NCBI GenBank assembly: GCA_012730105.1
Contig: JAAYBJ010000003.1
Location: 98,859-162,858, forward strand
Source of the DNA: Candidatus Hydrogenedentota bacterium
Lineage (GTDB): Bacteria > Hydrogenedentota > Hydrogenedentia > Hydrogenedentales > CAITNO01
Length of the DNA stretch: 64,000 nt
Direction: 5' to 3'
Position 1 is the stretch's first letter; the number at the start of each line of letters is the position of its first letter. A model generated the notes under the pieces. It was not told the DNA's origin. It saw nothing but the letters and a program-made list of their open reading frames with translations, and did not search any database. This document shows positions 34,182 to 43,911 of the stretch, piece by piece. Position numbers and translations under genes: made by a program.

Positions 34182-35426
34182 ATGTACGATTCAGACATGG
34201 ATAGAGTGCTGACTATCCTGCTTGCGGGCGGCATGGGAGAGCGGCTCTATCCCCTGACCAAAGACCGTGCCAAACCGGCCGTTCCTTTTGGCGGCATGTA
34301 CCGTATTGTCGATTTCACCCTGTCCAACTGCTTCAACTCGAATTGCCGGCGCATCTGCGTGCTGACCCAATACAAGTCCAATTCCCTGTCGCGCCACATC
34401 AACCGCGGTTGGAACATCATGCACACGGAGCTGGGTGAATTTATCGAGGTAATTCCGCCTCAGATGCGGGTAAATAGCAACTGGTACCTGGGCACCGCCG
34501 ACGCCATTTACCAGAACCTGTATTCCATCGACCAGAACGACCCGCGCGAGGTGCTGATCGTCAGTGGCGATCATATCTACAAAATGAATTACGAGAAGAT
34601 GATCCGACAGCACCGGCAGACGGAAGCCGATCTGACCATTGCGGCCATCGAAGTGCCGCTGGGCGAAGCGGACCGTTTCGGGGTTTTCGAGGTGGACGCG
34701 GTCAACCGGGTCGTCGGTTTTGAGGAGAAGCCCGAAAATCCCAAGCCGTTGCCGGACAATCCGGACAAGGCGCTGGCCTCGATGGGGGTCTATGTATTCA
34801 ACGTGGACGTGCTTCGCCAATCCGTCTGCAAGGATGCCGAAATGAGCGGCAGCAGCCATGATTTCGGCAAGAACATCATTCCCCGTCTGGTGCGCGGACA
34901 GGCTGCGGTGTACGCGTATAATTTCCAGGACGAAAACAAGAAAGAATCCCAGTACTGGCGCGATGTGGGCACCCTTGACACTTACTGGGAAGCGAACATG
35001 GATCTGGTGAGCGTGGATCCCCACTTCAACCTGTATGACCATGCCTGGCCCATGCGGACGAACCTGCCGACCCTGCCGCCTGCCAAGTTTGTGTTCGCCG
35101 AGGCGGGAAAACGCTTCGGAGCCACCGTGGACAGCATTGTCAGCCCCGGCTGCATCATCAGCGGCGGCGTGGCGGACCATTGCGTGCTGGGCCCGGAAGT
35201 GCGGATCAATTCGTACGCCCACGTGACGGAATCCATCCTTTTCGAAGGGGCATCCATCGGCAGAAACTGCCGCATCCGCCGAGCGATTATCGAGAAAAAC
35301 GTCCACATTCCCGAAGGCACGGAAATCGGCTATGATCTAGATGAGGACGCGAAACGTTTCCGCGTGACCCATCTCGGAGTGGTGGTGATTGAATCGGCTG
35401 AAAAATTTGAGATGTCCGTGAAGTAG
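34182..35426 (+). CDS. glgC: Glucose-1-phosphate adenylyltransferase
   Basis: LAGGMGERLYPLT..RAKPAVPFGG.YR, GTADAIYQN, FEEKP, DFGK, YWRDVGT; start may be 34197. Confidence 0.95.
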   Translation: MYDSDMDRVLTILLAGGMGERLYPLTKDRAKPAVPFGGMYRIVDFTLSNCFNSNCRRICVLTQYKSNSLSRHINRGWNIMHTELGEFIEVIPPQMRVNSNWYLGTADAIYQNLYSIDQNDPREVLIVSGDHIYKMNYEKMIRQHRQTEADLTIAAIEVPLGEADRFGVFEVDAVNRVVGFEEKPENPKPLPDNPDKALASMGVYVFNVDVLRQSVCKDAEMSGSSHDFGKNIIPRLVRGQAAVYAYNFQDENKKESQYWRDVGTLDTYWEANMDLVSVDPHFNLYDHAWPMRTNLPTLPPAKFVFAEAGKRFGATVDSIVSPGCIISGGVADHCVLGPEVRINSYAHVTESILFEGASIGRNCRIRRAIIEKNVHIPEGTEIGYDLDEDAKRFRVTHLGVVVIESAEKFEMSVK

Positions 35427-35444
35427 GGGCAAGAATTTAAGGCG

Positions 35445-35498
35445 GCAGGACCGCGCGGGCTTCCGATGAAGCCCGCGGGTTCTGTCGTTATGTTTTTT
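35445..35498. terminator. Hairpin between convergent genes
   Basis: GCGGGCTTC-cgat-GAAGCCCGC core with extended stem and downstream T run. Confidence 0.65.
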
Positions 35499-35505
35499 GC
35501 AGGAA

Positions 35506-36741
35506 TCAGGCTTCCCGAATTTCCCGCGTTTCGCGGTCGTAGATCTGGCGACGGCCCGTGTCAGATGCGCGCACCGCCATCATCACCGCCACAGCATGCT
35601 GGTAGCCAGCGTCAATGTGCGCGTTGGGGGTTTTTCTGCTGCGAACACATTGGATCCAGTCTTCAATATGGTCCGGGCAGGGCATATCATCAACGCGGAC
35701 GCGGTCCTTCGGCAAGTTCGTCTCGCCAAACGCGCCCTCACCAGAAACATAGATATTGCTCCAGTCTTGAAGGTCCATGATCCCCTGGTTGCCGAATATT
35801 TTAAAGGTACTGCCGCCGCCGTTGCCGAAATTGGTCGAATAGTGGACGGCAAAGCCCTCGTCATATTCCCAGACGGCCGTGACATGGTCGGGCGCGTCGA
35901 AATTATGTTCATCCTTCCAGATATAGGTGTTACTCATGGCGACGACGCTGCGGGGAAAGCCGGCGCCGGTGATGGAATGGACCAGGTCGATGTAATGGGC
36001 GCCCAGGCTGGGTATGGCCCCGTCTGAAAACTCACGATACCCGTACCAGCCGGAATACAGGACAGGATCAAAGGGACGCATGGGCCGGTCGCCCAGGAAT
36101 TCCGCCCAGTCCACGTCCGCCTCCTTGACGTCGCGAAGATAGCCATACCAATAGGGCCGCGCGGCATTGCGGTGCTGTTCGATGCGGCTGATTTTTCCCA
36201 GCGCGCCGGTGCCGAAATACTGCCGGGCCCCCATCATGGCGGGGTAACTCCGCAGCTGCGTGCCCGCCTGAACGATGACGTTGTTCGCCTTCACGGCGTC
36301 GCAGGCCGCCTTCAAGGGCTCCAGATCCTTGCCGAGGGGCTTCTCGCAATATGCATCTTTTTTCGCCTCCGCGGCCGCCTTGAGGTGGGTGGTGTGCAGG
36401 TGTTCAGGGCTCGCGATCATCACGGCGTCCACGCCGGACTCCTCCAGCAACTGGCGGTAACTGACATACTGGAGAGGATCACGGCCAAACCAGTCCTTGC
36501 ACATGGCGGCGGCTTCTTCACGGGCCAGGCGCCAGGGATCGCACACGGCGGTGATCTCCAAGTTATGGGCCTTGGCGTAGTTGTTGACCGACGGCATGAT
36601 GGAGCCCTTCATACGGCTCCCGCAGCCGATAAGGCCTATGGACAACCGGTCATTGGCGCCGGCCGTTTTGGCATAACTGAAAGCGCTCAAGGTCGCCGCG
36701 GCACCCGCGGCCGTTTTTAAAAACTCTCGACGTGAACTCAT
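35506..36741 (-). CDS. Tat-exported Gfo/Idh/MocA oxidoreductase
   Basis: SRREFLK, GLIGCG, YCEKP, W..FLG..P, H..D. Confidence 0.9.
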   Translation of the reverse strand: MSSRREFLKTAAGAAATLSAFSYAKTAGANDRLSIGLIGCGSRMKGSIMPSVNNYAKAHNLEITAVCDPWRLAREEAAAMCKDWFGRDPLQYVSYRQLLEESGVDAVMIASPEHLHTTHLKAAAEAKKDAYCEKPLGKDLEPLKAACDAVKANNVIVQAGTQLRSYPAMMGARQYFGTGALGKISRIEQHRNAARPYWYGYLRDVKEADVDWAEFLGDRPMRPFDPVLYSGWYGYREFSDGAIPSLGAHYIDLVHSITGAGFPRSVVAMSNTYIWKDEHNFDAPDHVTAVWEYDEGFAVHYSTNFGNGGGSTFKIFGNQGIMDLQDWSNIYVSGEGAFGETNLPKDRVRVDDMPCPDHIEDWIQCVRSRKTPNAHIDAGYQHAVAVMMAVRASDTGRRQIYDRETREIREA

Positions 36742-36983
36742 ACCTATTTTCCTTACGGTTATTTGGGGTGAACATCCACACCGCCCCGAAAAACGGGGAC
36801 GGCACCAGACACATTATGCGGCAAACGGTTCCGGAAAACAAGGCTCGCCGGACATTTCACCAGCCGACAGGCTTCGGTTTCCGCAGGTCTTACCTTGAAA
36901 ACAGGTTGAAATAACCGTACACTTTACCTGTTATTGTATCCGATGGTTCCATGTTTAATCACAACGGAAGGGAGTTTTTCGCA

Positions 36984-38198
36984 ATGAACGGCACAACAAA
37001 AGTAAAACTTTCGGCAATGATGTTCCTCGAGTTTTTTATCTGGGGTGCGTGGTGCGTAACCCTGGGCACTTACCTGATTACCACGCTGAAATTCTCCGGG
37101 GGACAGGTGGGTAACACTTTCCTGACCATGGCGATTGCCTCGGTCATCTCGCCTATTTTTGTCGGTATGGTGGCGGACAAATTTTTCCCTGCCCAATACC
37201 TGATGGGTATCCTTCATATCGCCGGGGCGGTATTAATGTTTCTGCTGGCCAATATGGTGAAGTCACCAACCGTCTTTTTCTGGGTCTTGTTGGGCTATAC
37301 CCTGTGCTACATGCCGACGCTGTCTTTGGCTAATGCCGTCTGCTTCAACCAGATGAAAGACACGGAAAAGGAATTTCCGTTGATTCGCGCCATCGGCGTT
37401 TTGGGCTGGATCGTGGTCGGCCTCTTTCTCGGATTCGCGAAAATTGAGAATACGAACATTCCCTTATACATTGCGGCGGGTGCGTCCCTCCTGATGGGTT
37501 TGTATTGTTTCGCGCTGCCCCATACGCCGCCCAAGGGCGCGGGTAAAAAAGTCAGCCTCGGCGATATTTTCGGCGTGGAAGCCTGGGGCCTGATGAAGGA
37601 CTGGTATTTCCTGGTCTTCGTCGTAGCCTCGCTGCTGGTGAGTATGACCACTTCCTTCTATATCAATCTCAGCAATCCTTTTTTCAATGCCGGCAACCTG
37701 CCCTTCCCCGCGGCCATGATGACGGGTGGCCAGATTTCCGAGGCGGTGCTGACGGCGCTGCTTGCCTTCTTCTTCGCCAAACTCGGCATCAAGTGGATGC
37801 TGACCATCGGCATGCTTTCCTGGGCGCTTCGTTATGCCATTCTGATGGGTGACCCGGGGCCGTCCTATTCCCTGTGGGTTCTCGCGATCATCATCCACGG
37901 TTTCTGCTACGGTTTCTTCTTCACGGCCGGCCAGGTGTATGTGGGCAAAGTGGCGCCCCAGTCCATCCAGGCCAGCGCGCAGGGCATGATCGCCCTGATC
38001 ACCTTCGGCCTCGGCCAGGGCGCCGGCTCCATTATTTCCGGCCGTATTCTGGAGCATTACACCGTGGCAGACGTAACCGAATGGAAGTATGTCTGGCTGG
38101 TGCCCATGGTGGTTTCCCTCGTGGTGGGCGTCCTGTTCGCCCTGATGTTCAAGGTAAAGCCCGCAGTGGTTGATGCAGAGGCCGCCGAAAAAGCCTGA
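36984..38198 (+). CDS. NupG/XapB-like MFS permease
   Basis: MMFLEFFIWGAW, ADKFF, YMPT, LPHTPP, GQISE; about 12 TMs. Confidence 0.88.
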   Translation: MNGTTKVKLSAMMFLEFFIWGAWCVTLGTYLITTLKFSGGQVGNTFLTMAIASVISPIFVGMVADKFFPAQYLMGILHIAGAVLMFLLANMVKSPTVFFWVLLGYTLCYMPTLSLANAVCFNQMKDTEKEFPLIRAIGVLGWIVVGLFLGFAKIENTNIPLYIAAGASLLMGLYCFALPHTPPKGAGKKVSLGDIFGVEAWGLMKDWYFLVFVVASLLVSMTTSFYINLSNPFFNAGNLPFPAAMMTGGQISEAVLTALLAFFFAKLGIKWMLTIGMLSWALRYAILMGDPGPSYSLWVLAIIIHGFCYGFFFTAGQVYVGKVAPQSIQASAQGMIALITFGLGQGAGSIISGRILEHYTVADVTEWKYVWLVPMVVSLVVGVLFALMFKVKPAVVDAEAAEKA

Positions 38199-38325
38199 GC
38201 CGCCTGAAAATCGGTTGCGTGTTGACTTTATACGCACGAAAAACGTTATATATAAATACCGCCCGGTTCTCCGAAAGGGGAACCGGGCGCGGAAATACTT
38301 TCACAGGCATCAAGGAGGTAGTACA

Positions 38326-39342
38326 ATGATCAGGCAACAGCCCCCTCTTTTCGGACATCTCGGAACAGTTATGCTTTTGCTATCTGTCGCGGTTTTAGCA
38401 TTCGCTACCGAGGCTTATACGGAAGAGGCCCCCGACAGCCCATCCGATGCCGCCACGAGCGACAACTCCCAGGCAAGTTCCCAGGATGTCCCGGAGGCGT
38501 CGCCCGCGAGTTCCACCGCCAAGACAGTCTTGCATCTTAAAGGGGGACTTCCGGAGGTGTTGCCCATACCCGGCGACCCACGCCCCTACGCGAAGAGTCC
38601 CTACGCAAATCAAATAGATAAGGCGTTGGCCTTCCTTGCTTTTAAAGACCGGGATTCGAACCGATTGTATCGGCTGGTGCTGCTGGATTACCTGCAGCGC
38701 AAATACTGCCTCCACGAACGCTACAGTCTGAAAGCCACCTACGCCCCTCACCTTCAGGACGCTTCCTTCGGTGACCTGGGCAACATGAAGCGCCTCATAG
38801 ACCCCGGTTTCAAAGCGGATGCCACAGTCATTGAAAATGCGTCCGCTCTGGAACGGATCGCTCTGAAATCACTGTATTGTGACATCTATCCCGTCGAGGC
38901 ATCCCTGCTGGATGAGATGAACACGATGATCCAGGAGGGCATGTCCCCCTTCGTGCCCACCCTGGGCATCGCCTATTTATGGCTGCGCGACCATGGATGC
39001 CTGGCCGGCGATCCGAAGCTGATGCTAGTCCGGGATGCGCTTGCCGTAAAATTAAAAAAACACCTTCAGGACAACGGTCTTTCCACGTATATGGTTGGCC
39101 AGGCGCTGGCGCTGCTTTTTGAGATTGGCCACGCAGAAATGGTCCAGGAAGACTGGATAAAAACCGTTGCCGAAACCCAGAATGAAGAAGGCGGCTGGGC
39201 AACCGCGCCCGGCCCGGACAGCACAGGCGCCAGTAACGGCATGACAACGACCCATTTGCTCTGGGCGCTCCTGGAACATGCGCTTCCTAACGCGCCGGCG
39301 ACACCCATGGTGCGTCCGGCCACCGGGGCCAAAGCGGAATAG
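38326..39342 (+). CDS. Secreted hypothetical helical protein with a QxxxGGW motif
   Basis: AAGGAGG RBS, signal peptide, TQNEEGGW (alpha/alpha-toroid-type repeat motif). Confidence 0.6.
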   Translation: MIRQQPPLFGHLGTVMLLLSVAVLAFATEAYTEEAPDSPSDAATSDNSQASSQDVPEASPASSTAKTVLHLKGGLPEVLPIPGDPRPYAKSPYANQIDKALAFLAFKDRDSNRLYRLVLLDYLQRKYCLHERYSLKATYAPHLQDASFGDLGNMKRLIDPGFKADATVIENASALERIALKSLYCDIYPVEASLLDEMNTMIQEGMSPFVPTLGIAYLWLRDHGCLAGDPKLMLVRDALAVKLKKHLQDNGLSTYMVGQALALLFEIGHAEMVQEDWIKTVAETQNEEGGWATAPGPDSTGASNGMTTTHLLWALLEHALPNAPATPMVRPATGAKAE

Positions 39343-39360
39343 ACCGCTTGGAACACATCA

Positions 39361-39711
39361 ATGAAGCGGGTATTTTATTGTCACAAGTGCGCCGGTCACT
39401 GGGAGAATGACACAGCGCGGCCCGGTTTCAAGGAAATCTGTACGCACTGCGGGGCTTATCTGCACTGTTGTAAGAACTGCCGTTTTCATTTGCCAACCGC
39501 ACACAACCAGTGCTATATTCCTGACACGGAATACGTGGCCGACCGCAAAGGTCTCAATTTTTGCGAGGAATTTGAGTTTCGTTCAGGCACCCCGGAACAA
39601 GACGGACAAAAGGGCCAAAGGGAACAGGCAAGCGAGAAGTTCGCCGGCCTGTTCGGTGAACTCCCGGATCCTCCGGCCAAGACTTCCTTCGATGACTTGT
39701 TCCGGGACTAG
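39361..39711 (+). CDS. Cys-rich putative zinc-binding hypothetical protein
   Basis: CHKC, CTHC, HCCKNCRF, QC, NFCEEF; ends in FDDLF. Confidence 0.75.
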   Translation: MKRVFYCHKCAGHWENDTARPGFKEICTHCGAYLHCCKNCRFHLPTAHNQCYIPDTEYVADRKGLNFCEEFEFRSGTPEQDGQKGQREQASEKFAGLFGELPDPPAKTSFDDLFRD

Positions 39712-39811
39712 CCGGTCTGTGACTGTCCGCGATAAAATACGTGTTCAGGCACCGTGTTTTGTGGTACCATTTAAAAGAAGTATAAACCGGATTCAGCAGG
39801 AGGTATTTCCC

Positions 39812-40798
39812 ATGAAAATATCGCGTGCCAAGGGATTCACGCTGATTGAATTACTGACCGTGATGGCCATCATATCCATTTTGGCGGCCATGGTTATGGT
39901 TGTGGGGCCGCGCGTTCTGGAGCGGGCCAAGTTGCGCCGCCTGGACAGCGCGCTGCGGCAGGTGTCCATTGCTTTGACCGCGTACTACACCGATAATCGT
40001 TCTTACCCGCCCGGTTACGGCTATATCGGCTTTGCACACGCCAACAATACTGACGCCCCTGATCCCAATGCCAGCCCCACTGAAGATCCCGGATACTACC
40101 ATCTCCTTCCGTACATGCACATTCTGGGCTATCACGCTGACGCGAACATGTACGATGAATTCTCGGACTCCTATGACACGGACCGGGACGATCAATTGAG
40201 TCTGCTTGAATTCTCCCCGCACGGTGAACTGCAGCAGGACGGGAAGTACAAATTTGAGTTTAAAGACTGGCCCCGCTATATGGGTCCGGGTACACTGGGC
40301 CTCGAAGTGGAGGAAGACCGCCAGCTCACTGCCGACAACCGGCCGTTTATTTACATCCCGATTAACAAACTGCAGTTTTCCAGGGCGCAGAAATACTGGC
40401 TGCAAAAGGGCGCCAAGTATGCCGAGGTGTGGGATCCCGCGGATCCGCTCCTCAAGGGCCTGACCTTTCCACCGCGCACTTATGACGCTTTTGTATTGCT
40501 AAGCCTGGGTCCGGGCGGCAGTACTTTCGGCCTGCTGCCCCAGCCGCTGGGCGTGGCGGCGGAAACCGCCAACAATTCCCGGGATCTGTATCACATCACC
40601 GGCCTGCGCGCCTATTTCATGGCCACCCGCGACTGGAACGCGAACGGCGTGCTTGACTTTGACTTCCGTTCGCGCACGCAACTGGGCGAGGCTGCACCGG
40701 ACCTGGGCAATGAATTGCCTCCCGGCCAGCCTCCGTATAGTTACGGCCCTTACATCTACGTAAGTGAATGGCAGGGCCGCCACACGCGGACACAGTAA
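39812..40798 (+). CDS. Orphan prepilin-type (pseudopilin-like) protein
   Basis: KGFTLIELLTVMAII, AL.AYY.DN.SYP, LSLGP; AGGAGG RBS. Confidence 0.85.
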   Translation: MKISRAKGFTLIELLTVMAIISILAAMVMVVGPRVLERAKLRRLDSALRQVSIALTAYYTDNRSYPPGYGYIGFAHANNTDAPDPNASPTEDPGYYHLLPYMHILGYHADANMYDEFSDSYDTDRDDQLSLLEFSPHGELQQDGKYKFEFKDWPRYMGPGTLGLEVEEDRQLTADNRPFIYIPINKLQFSRAQKYWLQKGAKYAEVWDPADPLLKGLTFPPRTYDAFVLLSLGPGGSTFGLLPQPLGVAAETANNSRDLYHITGLRAYFMATRDWNANGVLDFDFRSRTQLGEAAPDLGNELPPGQPPYSYGPYIYVSEWQGRHTRTQ

Positions 40799-40803
40799 CA
40801 ACT

Positions 40804-40832
40804 AAGTCCGCCCGGTTCCCCCGGGCGGACTT
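40804..40832. terminator. Perfect 12-bp hairpin between convergent genes
   Basis: AAGTCCGCCCGG/CCGGGCGGACTT. Confidence 0.7.
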
Positions 40833-40834
40833 CC

Positions 40835-42031
40835 CTACTCGTTAATATCGAAACGTACCACGCTCCCGGGCAGGGTGTTCTGCTGGGGCCAGATATTGCG
40901 TCCCGGATAAATGGACGTATTAATGCCCGTGTGCACTTGGTCGCCAAGGATGGCGCCCAGCTTGCGTCGACCCGTGTCCACCAGTTCTCCCCGTACCTGG
41001 CATCGCACATCCTGTCCGTCATGGCGCAGGTTCGCGGTATTTGTGCCGCATCCCAGGTTGGTGTGGGCGCCGATAATGCTGTCCCCGACATAATTTTGGT
41101 GGGACGCTGAAACGCCCTCGAACAGAATGGACGCCTTGATTTCACTGGCCTGCCCGATGCGACAGTCGTTGCCAATGGTGGTATGAGGTCGAATCCAGCA
41201 ATTGGGCCCCAGGGAGCATCTTTCCCCGATAAATGCGGGGCCTTCAATGACGACCCCCGGACGGACCACAGTTCCCTTTCCGATATGCACAGGCCCGGTA
41301 ATTTCCGCCAGGGGGCTGACATCTCCCCACCGTGCGTCTTCCAGAAAATGTTCCAGCCAGTAGGTGTTTGCTTCCAGCAGGTGCCAGGAATAACCGATGG
41401 TAAGGTAGTACCCGGCGGTGTGGACCACATGCAGACTCCCATTCTCCGCCATCACCTTGAGGGCGTCCGTGACCTCTATCTCGCCCCGGGGCGACGGGGC
41501 CACCTTTTTCAACAATTCAAAAACCGCCGGTTCAAAGGAATAGGCCCCAACGTTGGCAAGATTGGAGCGCGGTTGTTCTGGTTTTTCTTCCAGGGAGAGC
41601 ACCCGGTTTTCCGAGTCGATTTCGTACACGCCGAAGCGTTCGGGCTGCTCCACTTCCCGGGCAAGCGCCAGCCCGGGCCGCCGCGCCAGGCGTTCTAAGT
41701 CCGCCGGATCATACAGGTCATCACCGTTCAGGGCGATAAAAGGTCCGTCAACAACCGCCGCAGCCTGCAGGACGGCATGCCCCGTGCCCCGCTGCTCCTT
41801 CTGTTCGACATAACGCAGCGTCATGCCTTCGAAACTGCCGCCAAAATAATTCCGTATCATATCGCCCATATACCCCGTGACAATGACCGCCTCTTCGGCA
41901 ATGCCCTTGAGGGCACGAAGCTGATGGGCGAGAAGCGGGGTATTCATCACAGGGAGAAGCGGCTTGGGACGTGTCAGTGTCAGCGGCCAGGTACGCGTGG
42001 ATTTTCCGGCCGCCATTATTACTGCCTGCAT
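40835..42031 (-). CDS. Archaeal-type GlmU-like sugar-1-phosphate nucleotidyltransferase/acetyltransferase
   Basis: AAGKSTRTWPLT..RPKP, EEKP, SPRGEIE.TD, hexapeptide repeats, ANLRHD, DTGRRKLGAILGD. Confidence 0.85.
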   Translation of the reverse strand: MQAVIMAAGKSTRTWPLTLTRPKPLLPVMNTPLLAHQLRALKGIAEEAVIVTGYMGDMIRNYFGGSFEGMTLRYVEQKEQRGTGHAVLQAAAVVDGPFIALNGDDLYDPADLERLARRPGLALAREVEQPERFGVYEIDSENRVLSLEEKPEQPRSNLANVGAYSFEPAVFELLKKVAPSPRGEIEVTDALKVMAENGSLHVVHTAGYYLTIGYSWHLLEANTYWLEHFLEDARWGDVSPLAEITGPVHIGKGTVVRPGVVIEGPAFIGERCSLGPNCWIRPHTTIGNDCRIGQASEIKASILFEGVSASHQNYVGDSIIGAHTNLGCGTNTANLRHDGQDVRCQVRGELVDTGRRKLGAILGDQVHTGINTSIYPGRNIWPQQNTLPGSVVRFDINE

Positions 42032-42114
42032 ACTTTTTCCTTTCTTCTGATCACCGCACCATATCGGCACCCGGGCGGTTATCGGGCAACGCTTCCGCAC
42101 CCCGTTCACCGCTC

Positions 42115-42969
42115 CTATAGATAGTCCGCCATGGTGGCCGAAAAACGCCGGAACACCCAGGCCCCGATCAGGGCGGCGATAACAGCGCAAACCAGGGGCC
42201 AAGCCACAAGGACGGTATCCGGGAAACGCTGTTCAAAGAGCACCTGGCGGTAGGCGGTCAGCAGGCATGCCATGGGGTTCATCATGTACGCGGAATGTAG
42301 CCAGGATGGCAATCCCGCGGAACGCACCAGCTCCAAAGGATAAAACACCGGCGTCGCGTAAAACCCAAACAACAGGAACACGCTGACCAGGTTGCCCACG
42401 TCCCGGTAATGCACATGGCCGCAGGAAAGGAACAGCACGAGGCCCAGGGTCATCACAAATTGAATTCCGAAAAGAAAGGGGAAGTAGACCAGGGAGAGGC
42501 CTATCCGCCCACCCAGGGCCAAGTGTGCCGCCAACAGCATCAGAAAGCCCACACCCAACTGCACCAAAGGCATGCAACAGGCGGCGATGGGAATGACTTC
42601 GCGGGTAAAACGCACCTTTTTCACCAAGTTGCCGTTGACGACCACCGAGGTGGTTGCCGTGGCAAGGGCGACCGAGAAATGCTGCCAGAAAATCAGGCCG
42701 CACAATAACATGACCGCATAGGGCGGCCCCGCGTCCGCGCGCGCCATGGCGGCGCGGTCCGCGAGCACAAAGGCAAAAACAAAGGTAAGGATGAGGGTGA
42801 ACGCCAGCGGCTCAATGACCGCCCAGAGAAAGCCCATCACGGCGTAGCGATAGCGAACGCGCAGATCCTTCCAGACCAGCGCCCAAAGGAGTTCCCTTGC
42901 CCGCACGAGATCACGGGGCAGTCTCAAAAAATCACGTTCCCGCCGGCTATCGTAAATCAAGCTTTGCAT
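42115..42969 (-). CDS. Wzm-like ABC-2 polysaccharide export permease
   Basis: KDLRVRYR...GFLW..IEP, LVKKV.F, YRD, FYATPVFYP, NPM. Confidence 0.9.
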   Translation of the reverse strand: MQSLIYDSRRERDFLRLPRDLVRARELLWALVWKDLRVRYRYAVMGFLWAVIEPLAFTLILTFVFAFVLADRAAMARADAGPPYAVMLLCGLIFWQHFSVALATATTSVVVNGNLVKKVRFTREVIPIAACCMPLVQLGVGFLMLLAAHLALGGRIGLSLVYFPFLFGIQFVMTLGLVLFLSCGHVHYRDVGNLVSVFLLFGFYATPVFYPLELVRSAGLPSWLHSAYMMNPMACLLTAYRQVLFEQRFPDTVLVAWPLVCAVIAALIGAWVFRRFSATMADYL

Positions 42970-43035
42970 AATGGAAGGTATGGTATCACGCTGGAGAATC
43001 CCCCGCCAAACGATCCGAATCGGTTCCTCGCAGGG

Positions 43036-43911
43036 TCACTCCGCACCGGATTGGGCACCATGCACGCCCTCCGCCTCCGGTTCCATCCCCGCAGATTTCA
43101 GTTGCACCTCCACTGGAAACGCTTCCCCGGCATAGGAACCTGCGGCAAGCCGTAACGGGGTAAAGAGGGACAACACACCTTCATGCAGGCGCCGCGCCAA
43201 CACCTTGCGGTCGGCGTCAAACAGGGGGTGCTCGCCGAAGCGGATGGTCGCCGTGGCGCCGGGATACTTGAGAAAGCGGTACTGGTGCACATAAAAAGGC
43301 TCGGGCCGCCACCAGCTGACGATCTCGCCCTCCGGCGGCGAGCCTTCCGGCGTCCGGTAATTCAATGCCGCGTAATACACGGGCAGGTTCAGATCGATCG
43401 CCGCCTGCAACAGGGGCGACTTGAAGGGCTCCACGGTCATGCCGCACGATACCCGGCTTTCCGCGAAAACGGCGATTCCGTCACCCTCCTTTATGGTCTC
43501 TGCTATAAGGGCGTTGACGCGTAGAGTATCGCGCCTGAGGGAGCGGTTGATAAAGATGATGTACAGCGATTTGGCGATAAACCCGAACAAGGGCCAGTCC
43601 GCCACGTCTTCCCGGGACACGAAAATGCAGCCCGTTTCACGGGCCAGCACGAGCATGTCGAAATACGTAAGATGATTCATCACCATGAAAAAAGGCGGTT
43701 TGGGCGCCGCGCCTTCCGCGACGATCCGAATGCCGGCAATGGCCGCGTAAACGAAAGCCCAGAACTTGAGCAGCAGACGCCGAAGCCTGCGGTCCGTCCT
43801 GCGCGAGACCAGCGCCGTGGGCCAGACCAGCAAACGCAACAGGAGCATGGCCACGGAAAAAAGCACAAGCAGAAGGATTCGGACAATGGCGCGCAGGTGG
43901 GACGGCATCAT
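43036..43911 (-). CDS. Lysophospholipid acyltransferase (PlsC/OlsA-like)
   Basis: NHLTYFD (HX4D), WPLFG, FINR, FAES. Confidence 0.85.
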   Translation of the reverse strand: MMPSHLRAIVRILLLVLFSVAMLLLRLLVWPTALVSRRTDRRLRRLLLKFWAFVYAAIAGIRIVAEGAAPKPPFFMVMNHLTYFDMLVLARETGCIFVSREDVADWPLFGFIAKSLYIIFINRSLRRDTLRVNALIAETIKEGDGIAVFAESRVSCGMTVEPFKSPLLQAAIDLNLPVYYAALNYRTPEGSPPEGEIVSWWRPEPFYVHQYRFLKYPGATATIRFGEHPLFDADRKVLARRLHEGVLSLFTPLRLAAGSYAGEAFPVEVQLKSAGMEPEAEGVHGAQSGAE

